64,000 nucleotides of DNA from a virus: IMG/VR virus record IMGVR_UViG_3300013737_000003; one strand, written 5' to 3'. Made by a program: the position numbers and the translations under genes. The notes beneath the pieces are model-generated. The model searched no databases. It saw only the letters and a program-made list of their open reading frames with translations, and was not told the DNA's origin. Of this stretch, positions 29,164-39,289 are shown piece after piece (within the stretch, counting starts at the first letter, position 1; every line of letters starts with the position of its first letter).

Positions 29164-29822
29164 TGCCGGGGACACAGCAGAAAGCGTTGTTGGAGTGTTG
29201 TGAATGCGGATGCCAGGGGTGCTGCGTGCCGACCAATGAGGACGGCACACTCGCGGAGATTCCGTTTGAGATATCAGCCCCGAATTGTCCGGCCATCCAC
29301 GGGGCCACAGGAGTGTTCGCCCCGATTGATGCTATCGTACCGAAAGGTCCTTGCGGTGCTTGTCCGACTTACTGCGCCATTGCATCCATCATTATCCCGG
29401 GCAAAGCCGCGAGCGGATTCGGGTCGCCAAGCAATCCTGCAGTGTGTTTGTTTACAACATGTGCGACAACAGACTTATGCATCATGCTGACATGTGAGAG
29501 GGGCGGCTCGGGAGCAGTGGGTCTGGATGAGTGCTGCGGTCGTCTGCGGTTGTGGGTTGGTAATGCCACACAGTTGGAGGGTGACACCGGGGAGAATCCT
29601 CCCAACCAGGGTGGATGCGATGGGTTTTCTGATTGCACCTCGTGGCGAAAGTTTGCCCCCAATACCTGCAGTTGTGAAGGCACACTGTCGGCAGAGTTTG
29701 ACATTTCAAACCTGCAGTTTTATTGTGACCCCGCTGACGTCTGGACCTCGGGTCCATGTATCGGAGAGCGGAAGTGCTGTCAAGTAGGATGTGATCTGAC
29801 TGATGCAACCCTTGTTATCTGA
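29163..29822 (+). CDS. Cys-rich protein (25 Cys in 219 aa)
   Basis: TAATG coupling; Cys counted by hand from the ORF translation. Confidence 0.65.
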   Translation: MPGTQQKALLECCECGCQGCCVPTNEDGTLAEIPFEISAPNCPAIHGATGVFAPIDAIVPKGPCGACPTYCAIASIIIPGKAASGFGSPSNPAVCLFTTCATTDLCIMLTCERGGSGAVGLDECCGRLRLWVGNATQLEGDTGENPPNQGGCDGFSDCTSWRKFAPNTCSCEGTLSAEFDISNLQFYCDPADVWTSGPCIGERKCCQVGCDLTDATLVI

Positions 29823-31782
29823 CTGCCAGTGTGAAGTTGCTCAGTGGTGTGCTCGCCACGGGAGGAACATGACCAAGTTGCACCACGCCAAGTGTCAGGC
29901 TGGTCATGGTCAGGTGCTTGAGCGTATGTACAAGAACTGGGTCGAGTCCGAGCCGACAAGATCAGTATTCGCCCGGAGGTCCGGCCCTGGCACGCAGATC
30001 TATCGTTTGTTGCGAGACGGGTGGGGCATGGTCACCACGAGCTGCGCCTGTGCTGAGTGGATTGCAAGAATGAACAAGTGGGGCTACGACGAGTGTCGAG
30101 CCCGTATCGAAGAGATTGTTGATCACTTACTGAATGAAGCAAGGAATAATCCTATGGTGCCCAGAGCCATACGAGCAGCCCTGAACTTCCCCCTGATCGG
30201 AGAGTTGGCCGGTCGCATGCGACTTCGAACGCTGGTGCAAACCGCGATCGATAAAGTCCCTGAGAACGAATACGAAACGATTGAAGACCCGCTAGGCAAT
30301 CTACCGATTCTCAAAGGTCCGGCAGTGTCGTACCGGGACCAGCACTTAAATGCTCTGACCGAACTCGCGAAGAAGACGTGGCCTGTCCCTGACACCTTCA
30401 ACGGTGACGGAGTGCTGATTGTCGGAGGAGGCAAGTACTGGCCGGGCATTGTGGTCAGCATCCGGATGTTGCGCAAAGTCGGCTGCGACCTGCCTGTCCA
30501 GGTGTGGTATCGCGGCGAGCAGGAGCCGGTTGACATGGCCGATCTCGACGGGATCACTGGCGTGACATTGGTCAACACGATTGAGTACGCAGACAGGAAC
30601 GGTGGCTATCGCATGATGGGAGGATGGGAGTCGAAGCTGTACGCTCTGACGCACAGCAACTTCCGTCGAGTGCTTTACCTCGATGCTGATGCTTATGTTG
30701 TTGCAGACCCTACACCGATGATGCAGCGTCTCGACGAGGCCCCTTTCCTGTTCTGGCAGGACCTGCCGGGGAACAACGATAGCGTGAAGTGGCAGTGGGT
30801 GTGGCCCAGCTTGGATGCCGGTGTACCATGCATTCAGGGCGGTCAACTATTCATTGATCTATCTCGATGCTGGGATGTCGTGCAAGTGGCACACTGGATG
30901 AATCAGCATGCAGACTTCTACTATCAATACATGTACGGCGACCAGGACACGTGGCGAGTTGCTTTTGCTGCAGTCAACAAACCTGAGTTGTGGAAGAACC
31001 TCGGACAGGCCCCGTGGGTCAACGACGTATCGTTCCTGCTTCCTGACACAGACGGCAAGCCACTGATCGTCCATCGTTGTCGAGGCAAGTTGTTTCTCCC
31101 GCAGGATATCCCGGCACGCAATACTCAATACAGCAACCCTCGGTATGAGTTGCCATACGAATCAGAGGTTTTCACGATGCTGGCAGGAGTCAAGAGTCGA
31201 GCACTGCCGCCGCGTGAGACCTTTGATGCGATCTACTCAAAGCAACTGTGGGGTATTGGCAGCGGGGTAGGCAGCACTCCGCAAGAGTCAGCACCTTACA
31301 TTGACTATGTTTATCAGTTCATGCGAGAGAACAACCTGTCGAGCATCCTCGATCTTGGGTGCGGTGACGGGCGGGTGGCATCGAACTTCCAGTTCCCCTA
31401 CGTCGGAGTTGATGTGCATGAGTATCAGCTCATCAAGCTGCGACAGCGGTATCCGGAGAAGCAGTGGTTGTGCGCCGACATCCACACCGGCTTGGAGCAC
31501 CTGCCTGCGGCGGATGTATTGCTGTGTAAGGACGTATTGCATCACTGGCCGAATGCGATGATCAGGCACTTTCTCGATGAGATCATCCGGCTGAAACGCT
31601 GGAAGGCGGTCCTGCTGTGTCAGGACTACAACCAGGTACAGGATGGGGCTGACTGCCCGCTCGGTACGTATCGAGCCCTGAACCCGGTTATGCAGCCGCT
31701 GGCACCCTACAATCTGGAGTTGCGATACCGGTTTCTGCACAAAGCGATACTCTCTCTTCCGCTGGGAAACCTGAGCGGGTAA
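29803..31782 (+). CDS. Glycosyltransferase (GT-A, mannosyltransferase GT71-like) fused to a class I SAM methyltransferase
   Basis: GVLIVGGG, VLYLDADAY (DxD), YGDQDTWRVAF; C-terminal ILDLGCGDG and LLCKDVLHH. Confidence 0.8.
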   Translation: MQPLLSDCQCEVAQWCARHGRNMTKLHHAKCQAGHGQVLERMYKNWVESEPTRSVFARRSGPGTQIYRLLRDGWGMVTTSCACAEWIARMNKWGYDECRARIEEIVDHLLNEARNNPMVPRAIRAALNFPLIGELAGRMRLRTLVQTAIDKVPENEYETIEDPLGNLPILKGPAVSYRDQHLNALTELAKKTWPVPDTFNGDGVLIVGGGKYWPGIVVSIRMLRKVGCDLPVQVWYRGEQEPVDMADLDGITGVTLVNTIEYADRNGGYRMMGGWESKLYALTHSNFRRVLYLDADAYVVADPTPMMQRLDEAPFLFWQDLPGNNDSVKWQWVWPSLDAGVPCIQGGQLFIDLSRCWDVVQVAHWMNQHADFYYQYMYGDQDTWRVAFAAVNKPELWKNLGQAPWVNDVSFLLPDTDGKPLIVHRCRGKLFLPQDIPARNTQYSNPRYELPYESEVFTMLAGVKSRALPPRETFDAIYSKQLWGIGSGVGSTPQESAPYIDYVYQFMRENNLSSILDLGCGDGRVASNFQFPYVGVDVHEYQLIKLRQRYPEKQWLCADIHTGLEHLPAADVLLCKDVLHHWPNAMIRHFLDEIIRLKRWKAVLLCQDYNQVQDGADCPLGTYRALNPVMQPLAPYNLELRYRFLHKAILSLPLGNLSG

Positions 31783-31806
31783 TATTGGCGGGCAAAGGAG
31801 ATTCTT

Positions 31807-33615
31807 ATGGCTGGCAAGAAAAAAGTTGCAAACCCGATGGCGGCACCCCCGAGCCAGGCTCGTAACGGGTATGAGCGGATGGGTGAATGGCTCGCAAGCT
31901 GGATTCCGGGTGCTCGGTTCGACCCGAGCAAGACGAATTACAATACGGTTCCGCAGCAGTCGCGAATGAACTTCGAAGACAACATGGACTCGATGCGTAA
32001 GACATTCGGATTCTCACCGCTGCAGCAACGTAACGCTGTTGTGACATGGGAAGGTCAGCCTCCGGCAGCAGACCCAAACCTGAAGCGAAACCTTCCTGTC
32101 CAGTATGTTCCGGGCATGCCTCAGCCGACCCTCCAGGGCAGCATGATGCCTGCATCCAGCATGCCTGCTCAGCCTCCGATGTTTGCTGGACTCGTGGTTC
32201 CGCAAACCGGGCAGATGGGGTTGTCAAACGCTCCTCTGGCGGCACGAGCGAATGCCACTCCTCAGATACCCAACTATCCCGGACTTCGTGCCGAGAATCC
32301 GAACAATCCGATGTGGGCGCAGGCCAATGCGAACGTGCTGGCCGACGCGGACATCCGGTCTCGCATGACTACGGCAAGGGGTCAGATCACGGCAAACCTT
32401 CCGCCGAATCAGTACGCCCGCACAAGCAATCCGATGGATACTTCCCGGCAGTATGTCAATCAGCAGATGTCTGGTTTGGGGTATCAAGCCGGAGCAGGAA
32501 TCAATCCTGCCATTGCAGCTCAGCAGAACCGAGGCACCGACTTCCGCAACGGGGCAGGTGGAGCAATCGGTGCAGGCATGGCAAGTCGCTTCGGGGCGAT
32601 CGGAGCCATGAACCCAATGGGTCAGCCAGCGGGTACGTATGACATGCAGGTCGGCGGCTACGGCTCACCAGTTCAATACAACCCGATGCGTAACCCGACC
32701 GAGGTTCTTGGAGAGATGCGTCAGCGAGCGCTGGACAGCCTCAACGGCGATCGAAACTTCAAAGGGTCGTACGTCAACGAGAGGGGGGCTCTGACATCTC
32801 GGCAGAACTTCCTTCGTGAGCAGGCACGCGCAGCAGCAGCCGCAGGTGACAACCAGATGGCCGCGCAGTATGACAGTGATGCAGCGGCGATCGAAGCAAA
32901 CATGCAGGCGAAAGCCGCTGCTCAGAAGATTCGACAGCAGAAGTATCGAGACGAGAACGGAGGGGTGCGAGACTTCGTTGCTCGTCGAGAGAACCGTGCT
33001 CTGAAACGTCAGGCACAATGGCTGCGTCGGAACGGGATCGACCCCGGGTCGGCAGAAGCTGCGTCTCTTGCCCCTGCTGTGTATGCCGGTGTGCGGGCCT
33101 TGCGTGAACGCAAGCCGGGAGGTGCAAGCAACCCGATGCAAGCCCCTTTTGATCCGGGCGGGGCTCCACGGACCCCGAAGAATGAGCAGGCAGTTCTTCA
33201 GTATGATAACGAAGCTCTGAGTGGCGGAGTCGATGCACAGGGTAATCCGAAGCCGCCAGTGCCTTTGTACTCTGCTCTTGGGATCACTACCCCGGATGAA
33301 ATGACCGTTACAAATGCACACGCTGGCCTGCAGCGAATGCTGGATAACGGGCAGTCTCCTGACATTGCCGACTTGCAGGAACTCAGGAAGTTCGCCGCTT
33401 CGCGTAAACAGCGATGGGGCAAGGATATCACTATTGATAGCTGGGACATGAACGGGGAGACCCGTAAACAGTTTGAAGGGTTGTGGCAAGAGTTAGCAAA
33501 CTTACCCGCAGATGACCGGGCGTTGGCTGACTGGTTCAACCGGTATAGTGCGGCAAGACCCCAGCCCTTCCTCGGAGGGCAGGCGAACCCGGCGTGGCGT
33601 ATGGGACCAGGGTAA
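31807..33615 (+). CDS. Putative internal virion/ejection protein
   Basis: 602 aa, A/Q/M/N/G-rich low-complexity helical protein before a very large ORF. Confidence 0.5.
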   Translation: MAGKKKVANPMAAPPSQARNGYERMGEWLASWIPGARFDPSKTNYNTVPQQSRMNFEDNMDSMRKTFGFSPLQQRNAVVTWEGQPPAADPNLKRNLPVQYVPGMPQPTLQGSMMPASSMPAQPPMFAGLVVPQTGQMGLSNAPLAARANATPQIPNYPGLRAENPNNPMWAQANANVLADADIRSRMTTARGQITANLPPNQYARTSNPMDTSRQYVNQQMSGLGYQAGAGINPAIAAQQNRGTDFRNGAGGAIGAGMASRFGAIGAMNPMGQPAGTYDMQVGGYGSPVQYNPMRNPTEVLGEMRQRALDSLNGDRNFKGSYVNERGALTSRQNFLREQARAAAAAGDNQMAAQYDSDAAAIEANMQAKAAAQKIRQQKYRDENGGVRDFVARRENRALKRQAQWLRRNGIDPGSAEAASLAPAVYAGVRALRERKPGGASNPMQAPFDPGGAPRTPKNEQAVLQYDNEALSGGVDAQGNPKPPVPLYSALGITTPDEMTVTNAHAGLQRMLDNGQSPDIADLQELRKFAASRKQRWGKDITIDSWDMNGETRKQFEGLWQELANLPADDRALADWFNRYSAARPQPFLGGQANPAWRMGPG

Positions 33616-33621
33616 TCTTAA

Positions 33622-36600
33622 ATGGATCGGCAGACCGTACTGGCATCACTGAGACAAGCCCAGAACACAGGGCTGTCTCAGACTACACAATCGACTGACC
33701 CAGGGTTCTCTCCTGCAGAAACCCTGAAGGACGTCGGTGCGTACGGTATTGGTGCCGTTGCGGCTGTCGGCAACTTCCTCGATCTTCCCGGGTCTACTGT
33801 GCGAGACCTGATCGTCGGTAAAGGGCTGGCCGGATCATTTGACCAATGGCTTAGTCCATTCTCTTCTGAGAACCGCACCTCTGGTCGTGACTTGATCAGC
33901 AAGGTATTCGGTGTTCGCAAGAACCGCGAGACCGGCATGGGTGGGTGGCTTAAAGACCCGGGCGAGGGTGTTCGCGACCTCGCCGGGTTTGCTGCCGAGA
34001 TCATCCTCGATCCGTTTGGGCCTGCAGCCAAACCTCTAGGGGTCGGTGCCAAGCTGATGACAGGTCTTGGAAAAGCTGCAGGGATCACCGCGAAGGGTAT
34101 CGCCAAGATTCCCGGAGGTAGTTCCGTTCTTGCAGGTACAGATGCAGCTCGTGCTTTTGTCCGATCGAAGTTTGACCAGTTCGTTGGTGGTGCCAAGACA
34201 GTACAGCGGCAGACAGCGATTGCCAAAGCGATGCCCGACCTGCGGAAGTTCGAAGACGAAGTTGTCGGCCACATGGTTGACACACTGTCATTCATCAATG
34301 ACCAGAACCAACTCGTTGACGACCCCGAGTTTGTCAATCAGGTGATCCGACACATTGAAGGAACAGAGCAGACACGTCTAGACATGTTGTTGCCGAACGA
34401 CACGTTTGATGTTCATGACCTGACTGGTCAGCCGGTGCTGTCCGGATTGAAGGTCGAGGACATCATGACGCGACCTGACGGAGTGCAGGTCTACAACGCT
34501 GTGGATTCAAAAGGTGCCCGTGTCTCTGTGGCAAGCGACGTATTCCAGACAGTCAAGACAGCCACCGACCCGGACTTCAAGTTCATCGATCCGAAGTACC
34601 ACCCGATTCTGGAGAGATGGAAAGCAGGCGGTTATCTCGATCAGCGGATGCGAGCCATAATGGAAGACGCAGCTCACCGGACTCCCGATCTGGAGGACGT
34701 GACCGGGCTGAATTATCTCAATCGGCAAATGAGCGATCTGCTGAAGAAGACGATCCTTGACGAGAGCGGTCGCGTGCGTACCAATCTCGGACAGAACGGG
34801 TGGAACCTGGAAGCCGAACTCCATCGAGACTTCATCTTCAAAGACTTCTGGGGAGGCACCCCTGCAGTCAATGATGTGTTCAAAGATAATGAATGGAACG
34901 AACTCGTTGACACTATCAAAGCTGACAACGATCAGTACCTGTCACCAGACATGGCAGGACCGGTCAACATGTCAGACGTATTCGCTACTCCATCCCATCT
35001 CGATCTGTTTGCGGACAAGATGGGGATGTCGACAAGCGAGTTCTGGGAGGAACTCGGGTTTAAGATGACCAAGCCGTACGAAGAGACGGCGACAGTGATC
35101 GATGCGTTGAACAAGTACCGCTCTCAGTTACAGTCGAAGGTCGCCGCTGGCGGTACAGCCAACACAGTACCGCGACAGGTCTTCGGCAAACAGGTCTTCA
35201 CGAGTCTTGCAGACAGCAACGTTACGAAACTGGTCAATGTTGATAACGCAGGGACGTTCAACTTCCCGAACAGTCAGGCCGCAGGTATTGGCACGGTGAT
35301 GAACCACAACCTGCTCGACCCGAATGGGTACAAGACCTTCGTTGACTACCTCGAAGCCAAGGGGATGAAGCGAGCGGATGCTTTGAAGAAAGCAAACGGG
35401 ATGCTGTCCTCTGGCAAACAGGTGTTTTCGTGGGAGGTCGATATCGGTAAGTGGGTTCCGGAGCGACAGTACTTCACACCAGAACTGCAGTCCTCGTTCG
35501 ATGTGCGATACAACAGTAATCTGGCAGAGCTGCCGAATCGTATTACCAAGAACCCGGTTCGTGAGTCGGAAGTGATTGCGACTGCCCTGAGCAATCGTGT
35601 TCGCGAGAAGTACGGACACGTTGTCGAACGTGACATGCCGTATGTCAATCCCAACGGTAAGTTCGAGATCACCGACTCTCTTGGGCGAACACGTGAAGTA
35701 AACATCAGTGACTGGACGAAGATGAAGAAGGAAGACGAGGCGGCACGCGCCCTCGGATTCCCTCCCCCGAACAATCTGTACACAGAAGTCAAGTATCTCG
35801 GGACTGCCAAGCAGCGGATGGCCAGTCGATATGACGCCATCGGCGACCTGCTTGAGAAGCGGTCGAACATGCGAGACTACCAAATCTTCGGCGGCAATCC
35901 TGTCGTGCTCGCAGCAGACATGATGAAGTTCCGGGCTCGGGCTGCGTTTGTCGACAAGCGGTTCCGCGAACTCGTGCATGACATGGTCCTTGGAAACGCA
36001 CGAGATAACGGGGGAGTACTCAAGCCGGAAGTCATGCGGACTCGCAGCGGCCTGTTGAGCGATGCATACCCTGCGAGCGAGACGTTTGGTGAGACCGTCG
36101 ACACACTTCTGCAAGGTCGTCGCACAACAATCGACAAGCGACTGTTCCTTGACAAACTCAAGGGTGAGTTGCAGGACTCCGGACTCGACTTCGGTAAGTT
36201 GACCGACAAGGAGATCGACTACCAGCTACTCAACACGGTGATCGACCCTAAGCAGATGGAGGATGTCATCGGGCTGTGGAAGTACTTCGAGCGATCGCCG
36301 GACTCCGACATCGTCAAGTTGATCGACAACGCCAGTACGGTCATGAAGGGAAACCTGTTGGCAACCCCAGCAACGGTAACCCGCAACATCATGTCCGGGG
36401 TTGTGAACGCAGTTTTGACTGGAGACCTGAAACTGTTTCAGGGGGGTTTGCGATCTCTTCGTGACGGCATGATGCTGGCTTCCGGCAAGGTAGTGCAGGA
36501 CATCCCGCTGACGCCCGACCTTGAATCCTTCATGCGAGTGGCCGGACGGAACGTTGATGACCCGGCAGAACGCAGCGCTGCGTTCGTCGCCCGCTTCATC

Positions 36601-37875
36601 GGAGCAATGAACCGAACTACTGCCCACGTACAACTGGAGTCGTCCGACTTCGCGTCTTTGCTGAAGTCCGGCGGTGGCCAGAATGTGGTGGACGTGTTAC
36701 CCAAAACAATGCGTGCCAACATGCACGCTCTCGGTGAGTTCTGGAAGTCACAGTCTGTGTTCCAGCATCTCAACCCACTCAACGTCCCTGGTGTATTGAC
36801 AAGGGAGAACGGAGACTGGGTTGCCCGATCGACATCGAACTTGCCGGTTTACGTCTCGGCACAGATCAACGCTCTCGGCGATAACAGCGTGCGAATGAGT
36901 GCAGTGCTTGACCGCATGCGTCGGGGTGAGTCATTTGACGATGCATTCCGAACTGTCCAGTGGCATCAGGTCTCATACGACAGCAGGCAGTACACCGGCT
37001 TCGAGACCCGTGTCATGAAGCGGCTGTTCCCGTTCTATTCGTTCATGAGTCGCTCGATCGCAATGACTGCGTACGAACTCGCGACCAAGCCCGGAGGTGG
37101 GCTCGGCATGGCTTTGCGAGCACAGCGTATCGGCATGGGATCAGGAGAAGCATATGTCCCGTCAGACGTTCAGGACACGGCGGCGATCCCATTGGTACCG
37201 GGCAAAGACGGCGAGCTGCGATACCTCACCAACCTCGGGCTCATGCACGAAGACGCGGTGCGTTATCTCGCTCCAACCCAAGGTGTGCGAGGGGTGCTCC
37301 AGCAACTCCTCGGCAGCATCCACCCCGCAGTCAAGTGGGGCATCGAGTTCGGAACAAACACCTCGACCTTCTTCGAAGGCCCGATGGGCGGTCGCCGCCT
37401 CGACGACCTTGACCCTAAACTTGGACGAATCGTCTTCAACCTGCGCAAGCAGGCAGCCGCCGCAGGTATCGCAGAAGAACCCAAACTTGAACCTTCAGGA
37501 CGACCAGCTCCGGTCGGAGGAGCACTCGGAGAATCTTTGATTGCAAACTCTCCGATCTCGTCATACCTGAGATACGTGCATACTGCTATTGATCCACGAC
37601 GGTCAACTGCGGATAAATTAGTGAATCTGCTGACTGGCGTACGTACTCGCGAGTACAGCAACGAAGCCATGACCCGGGAAATCCGGGATCGCTTGAATGC
37701 GATCGAGGTGCAGATGGGAGCCCGACCACTGACAACAGTGATCGGGGCCAAAGGCATCGCCGAGAAACTTCGGGCGGATGGTCGAACGGAGGAAGCCGAC
37801 AGGATGGAAGCAATCCAGCAACTCCTCTCATACTACCGAAAACAGTCCTCTATTGCGGACAAAAAGACAAAGTGA
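33622..37875 (+). CDS. Large putative internal virion (ejectosome-like) protein
   Basis: 1417 aa; G/A-rich hydrophobic N-terminus and helical C-terminal region as in podophage-type core proteins. Confidence 0.55.
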   Translation: MDRQTVLASLRQAQNTGLSQTTQSTDPGFSPAETLKDVGAYGIGAVAAVGNFLDLPGSTVRDLIVGKGLAGSFDQWLSPFSSENRTSGRDLISKVFGVRKNRETGMGGWLKDPGEGVRDLAGFAAEIILDPFGPAAKPLGVGAKLMTGLGKAAGITAKGIAKIPGGSSVLAGTDAARAFVRSKFDQFVGGAKTVQRQTAIAKAMPDLRKFEDEVVGHMVDTLSFINDQNQLVDDPEFVNQVIRHIEGTEQTRLDMLLPNDTFDVHDLTGQPVLSGLKVEDIMTRPDGVQVYNAVDSKGARVSVASDVFQTVKTATDPDFKFIDPKYHPILERWKAGGYLDQRMRAIMEDAAHRTPDLEDVTGLNYLNRQMSDLLKKTILDESGRVRTNLGQNGWNLEAELHRDFIFKDFWGGTPAVNDVFKDNEWNELVDTIKADNDQYLSPDMAGPVNMSDVFATPSHLDLFADKMGMSTSEFWEELGFKMTKPYEETATVIDALNKYRSQLQSKVAAGGTANTVPRQVFGKQVFTSLADSNVTKLVNVDNAGTFNFPNSQAAGIGTVMNHNLLDPNGYKTFVDYLEAKGMKRADALKKANGMLSSGKQVFSWEVDIGKWVPERQYFTPELQSSFDVRYNSNLAELPNRITKNPVRESEVIATALSNRVREKYGHVVERDMPYVNPNGKFEITDSLGRTREVNISDWTKMKKEDEAARALGFPPPNNLYTEVKYLGTAKQRMASRYDAIGDLLEKRSNMRDYQIFGGNPVVLAADMMKFRARAAFVDKRFRELVHDMVLGNARDNGGVLKPEVMRTRSGLLSDAYPASETFGETVDTLLQGRRTTIDKRLFLDKLKGELQDSGLDFGKLTDKEIDYQLLNTVIDPKQMEDVIGLWKYFERSPDSDIVKLIDNASTVMKGNLLATPATVTRNIMSGVVNAVLTGDLKLFQGGLRSLRDGMMLASGKVVQDIPLTPDLESFMRVAGRNVDDPAERSAAFVARFIGAMNRTTAHVQLESSDFASLLKSGGGQNVVDVLPKTMRANMHALGEFWKSQSVFQHLNPLNVPGVLTRENGDWVARSTSNLPVYVSAQINALGDNSVRMSAVLDRMRRGESFDDAFRTVQWHQVSYDSRQYTGFETRVMKRLFPFYSFMSRSIAMTAYELATKPGGGLGMALRAQRIGMGSGEAYVPSDVQDTAAIPLVPGKDGELRYLTNLGLMHEDAVRYLAPTQGVRGVLQQLLGSIHPAVKWGIEFGTNTSTFFEGPMGGRRLDDLDPKLGRIVFNLRKQAAAAGIAEEPKLEPSGRPAPVGGALGESLIANSPISSYLRYVHTAIDPRRSTADKLVNLLTGVRTREYSNEAMTREIRDRLNAIEVQMGARPLTTVIGAKGIAEKLRADGRTEEADRMEAIQQLLSYYRKQSSIADKKTK

Positions 37876-37918
37876 TAGTGTCTTTGTCTAACAACATTCT
37901 TTTCGAGGAGAATTTGCT

Positions 37919-38392
37919 GTGTCTCAAGTCACGATTGATCAAAACAAACTGAACTACCCCGGCACTGAGAAGTCGTTTTTGCGATACTTGATCGGCGTCA
38001 TCAACACGATGCTGACTGCGCTGTTTCAGGACACGGTGGTTGTGTTCCCGGTCCCGACTCACGCATCAAAGACGATCTACAATATTCTTGTTGCCCGTCG
38101 TGCGTACACTGTCACAGCCATCGACTATGTGCCTGATGTCGCACAAGGTGCGGCGTTGACTGCCACCGTTGTGAAAGCGACGGGTACAGCGACTCCTGCA
38201 TCCGGTACGACACCGATGCACACAGCGAACGCGATCAACTGTAATGGTACTGCCCACACTGTGCAGAGCATTGCGTTGACATCTACCGTGGCCAACCTCG
38301 CGCTGGCTATCGGCGATCGAATTGGCTTCGTACTGTCAGGAGCCCTGTCGACTGGAAGTGGAACCGTCGTAATCCGCATGACGAAGTCGTGA
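37919..38392 (+). CDS. Small beta-rich structural-like protein
   Basis: T/A/V-rich composition; GAGGAG RBS. Confidence 0.55.
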   Translation: MSQVTIDQNKLNYPGTEKSFLRYLIGVINTMLTALFQDTVVVFPVPTHASKTIYNILVARRAYTVTAIDYVPDVAQGAALTATVVKATGTATPASGTTPMHTANAINCNGTAHTVQSIALTSTVANLALAIGDRIGFVLSGALSTGSGTVVIRMTKS

Positions 38393-38439
38393 TGCGTAAC
38401 CCTTCTGGCGACCCAGATTGACAGTCAGAGGTAGTGCAT

Positions 38440-38769
38440 ATGTCTGAGTTCAGTAAGCAGGACATGATCAAGCGAATCAATGAGGAGCTTGACATTCCGT
38501 TCGTGACCGATGGGATGGAAGTGATTGCCATCTCCTGGGTCGTAGACCGCATCTATCCAGCGATTCCGGATTGGGCCTTACCGATCCTGTACAACTCGCT
38601 GGACGGTGTCAACGACGAGGAGCTGAAGAATCTCGAAGACGTTCTTGTTCGAGAAGTCAACAAGCGCCTCGACATCCCGTATGTTCCAGAGTCTTTGGAA
38701 GCCCAACTGATTGGACCTGCAATCGGGGCTCTCCTTTCTTTCGCCGTCAAAGGCAAGTCTTTGTCCTGA
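38440..38769 (+). CDS. Hypothetical protein with internal duplication (INEELDIPFV / VNKRLDIPYV)
   Basis: Repeat visible in the translation. Confidence 0.65.
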   Translation: MSEFSKQDMIKRINEELDIPFVTDGMEVIAISWVVDRIYPAIPDWALPILYNSLDGVNDEELKNLEDVLVREVNKRLDIPYVPESLEAQLIGPAIGALLSFAVKGKSLS

Positions 38770-38785
38770 CCCCCAGAGGTGAACC

Positions 38786-39289
38786 ATGAACCTGGTAGTT
38801 GACCTGAATAACCATTGGCGATATTGGGCGATTGCCGCCGTCGTCGCCGTGTTCCTGTTTATGCACCGAGATCAGATCATCGGTGTGATCAAGCCTTTGT
38901 TCTTCAAAGCGAAAGGCTTGCTCGACAAGAACGGTCCTCGACCAGGTTGGGGTTGGATGCTGGTCATCGTCATGGCAGTGCTGGTTTGGCCGGGCAAGGG
39001 AGAGTCGCCCTTGCCCATCGGGCCGACACCGATTCCTGAGGTGAAGCAGGATGCCTGGGGCAAACAGACTGAGGTTCTGCGGTCCCTGATCGCAGAAGCC
39101 CTCGAACAACACTCGCAGAAGGATTTTGCTGGTGACGACGAAGCCACGAAGGATTTACAGGCTAGGATTCAGGCAGCGTCAGAAGGTGCTATGGGACCTG
39201 TCTGGGACAAAATGCTTGCGGCGGCTAAAGCAGGGCCGGAACGAGCGAATGAATTCGCCCGCAAGCTCAAAGCAGGAGAACTCGAATGA
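38786..39289 (+). CDS. Membrane protein (two TM segments)
   Basis: Hydrophobic segments followed by a soluble helical tail. Confidence 0.65.
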   Translation: MNLVVDLNNHWRYWAIAAVVAVFLFMHRDQIIGVIKPLFFKAKGLLDKNGPRPGWGWMLVIVMAVLVWPGKGESPLPIGPTPIPEVKQDAWGKQTEVLRSLIAEALEQHSQKDFAGDDEATKDLQARIQAASEGAMGPVWDKMLAAAKAGPERANEFARKLKAGELE

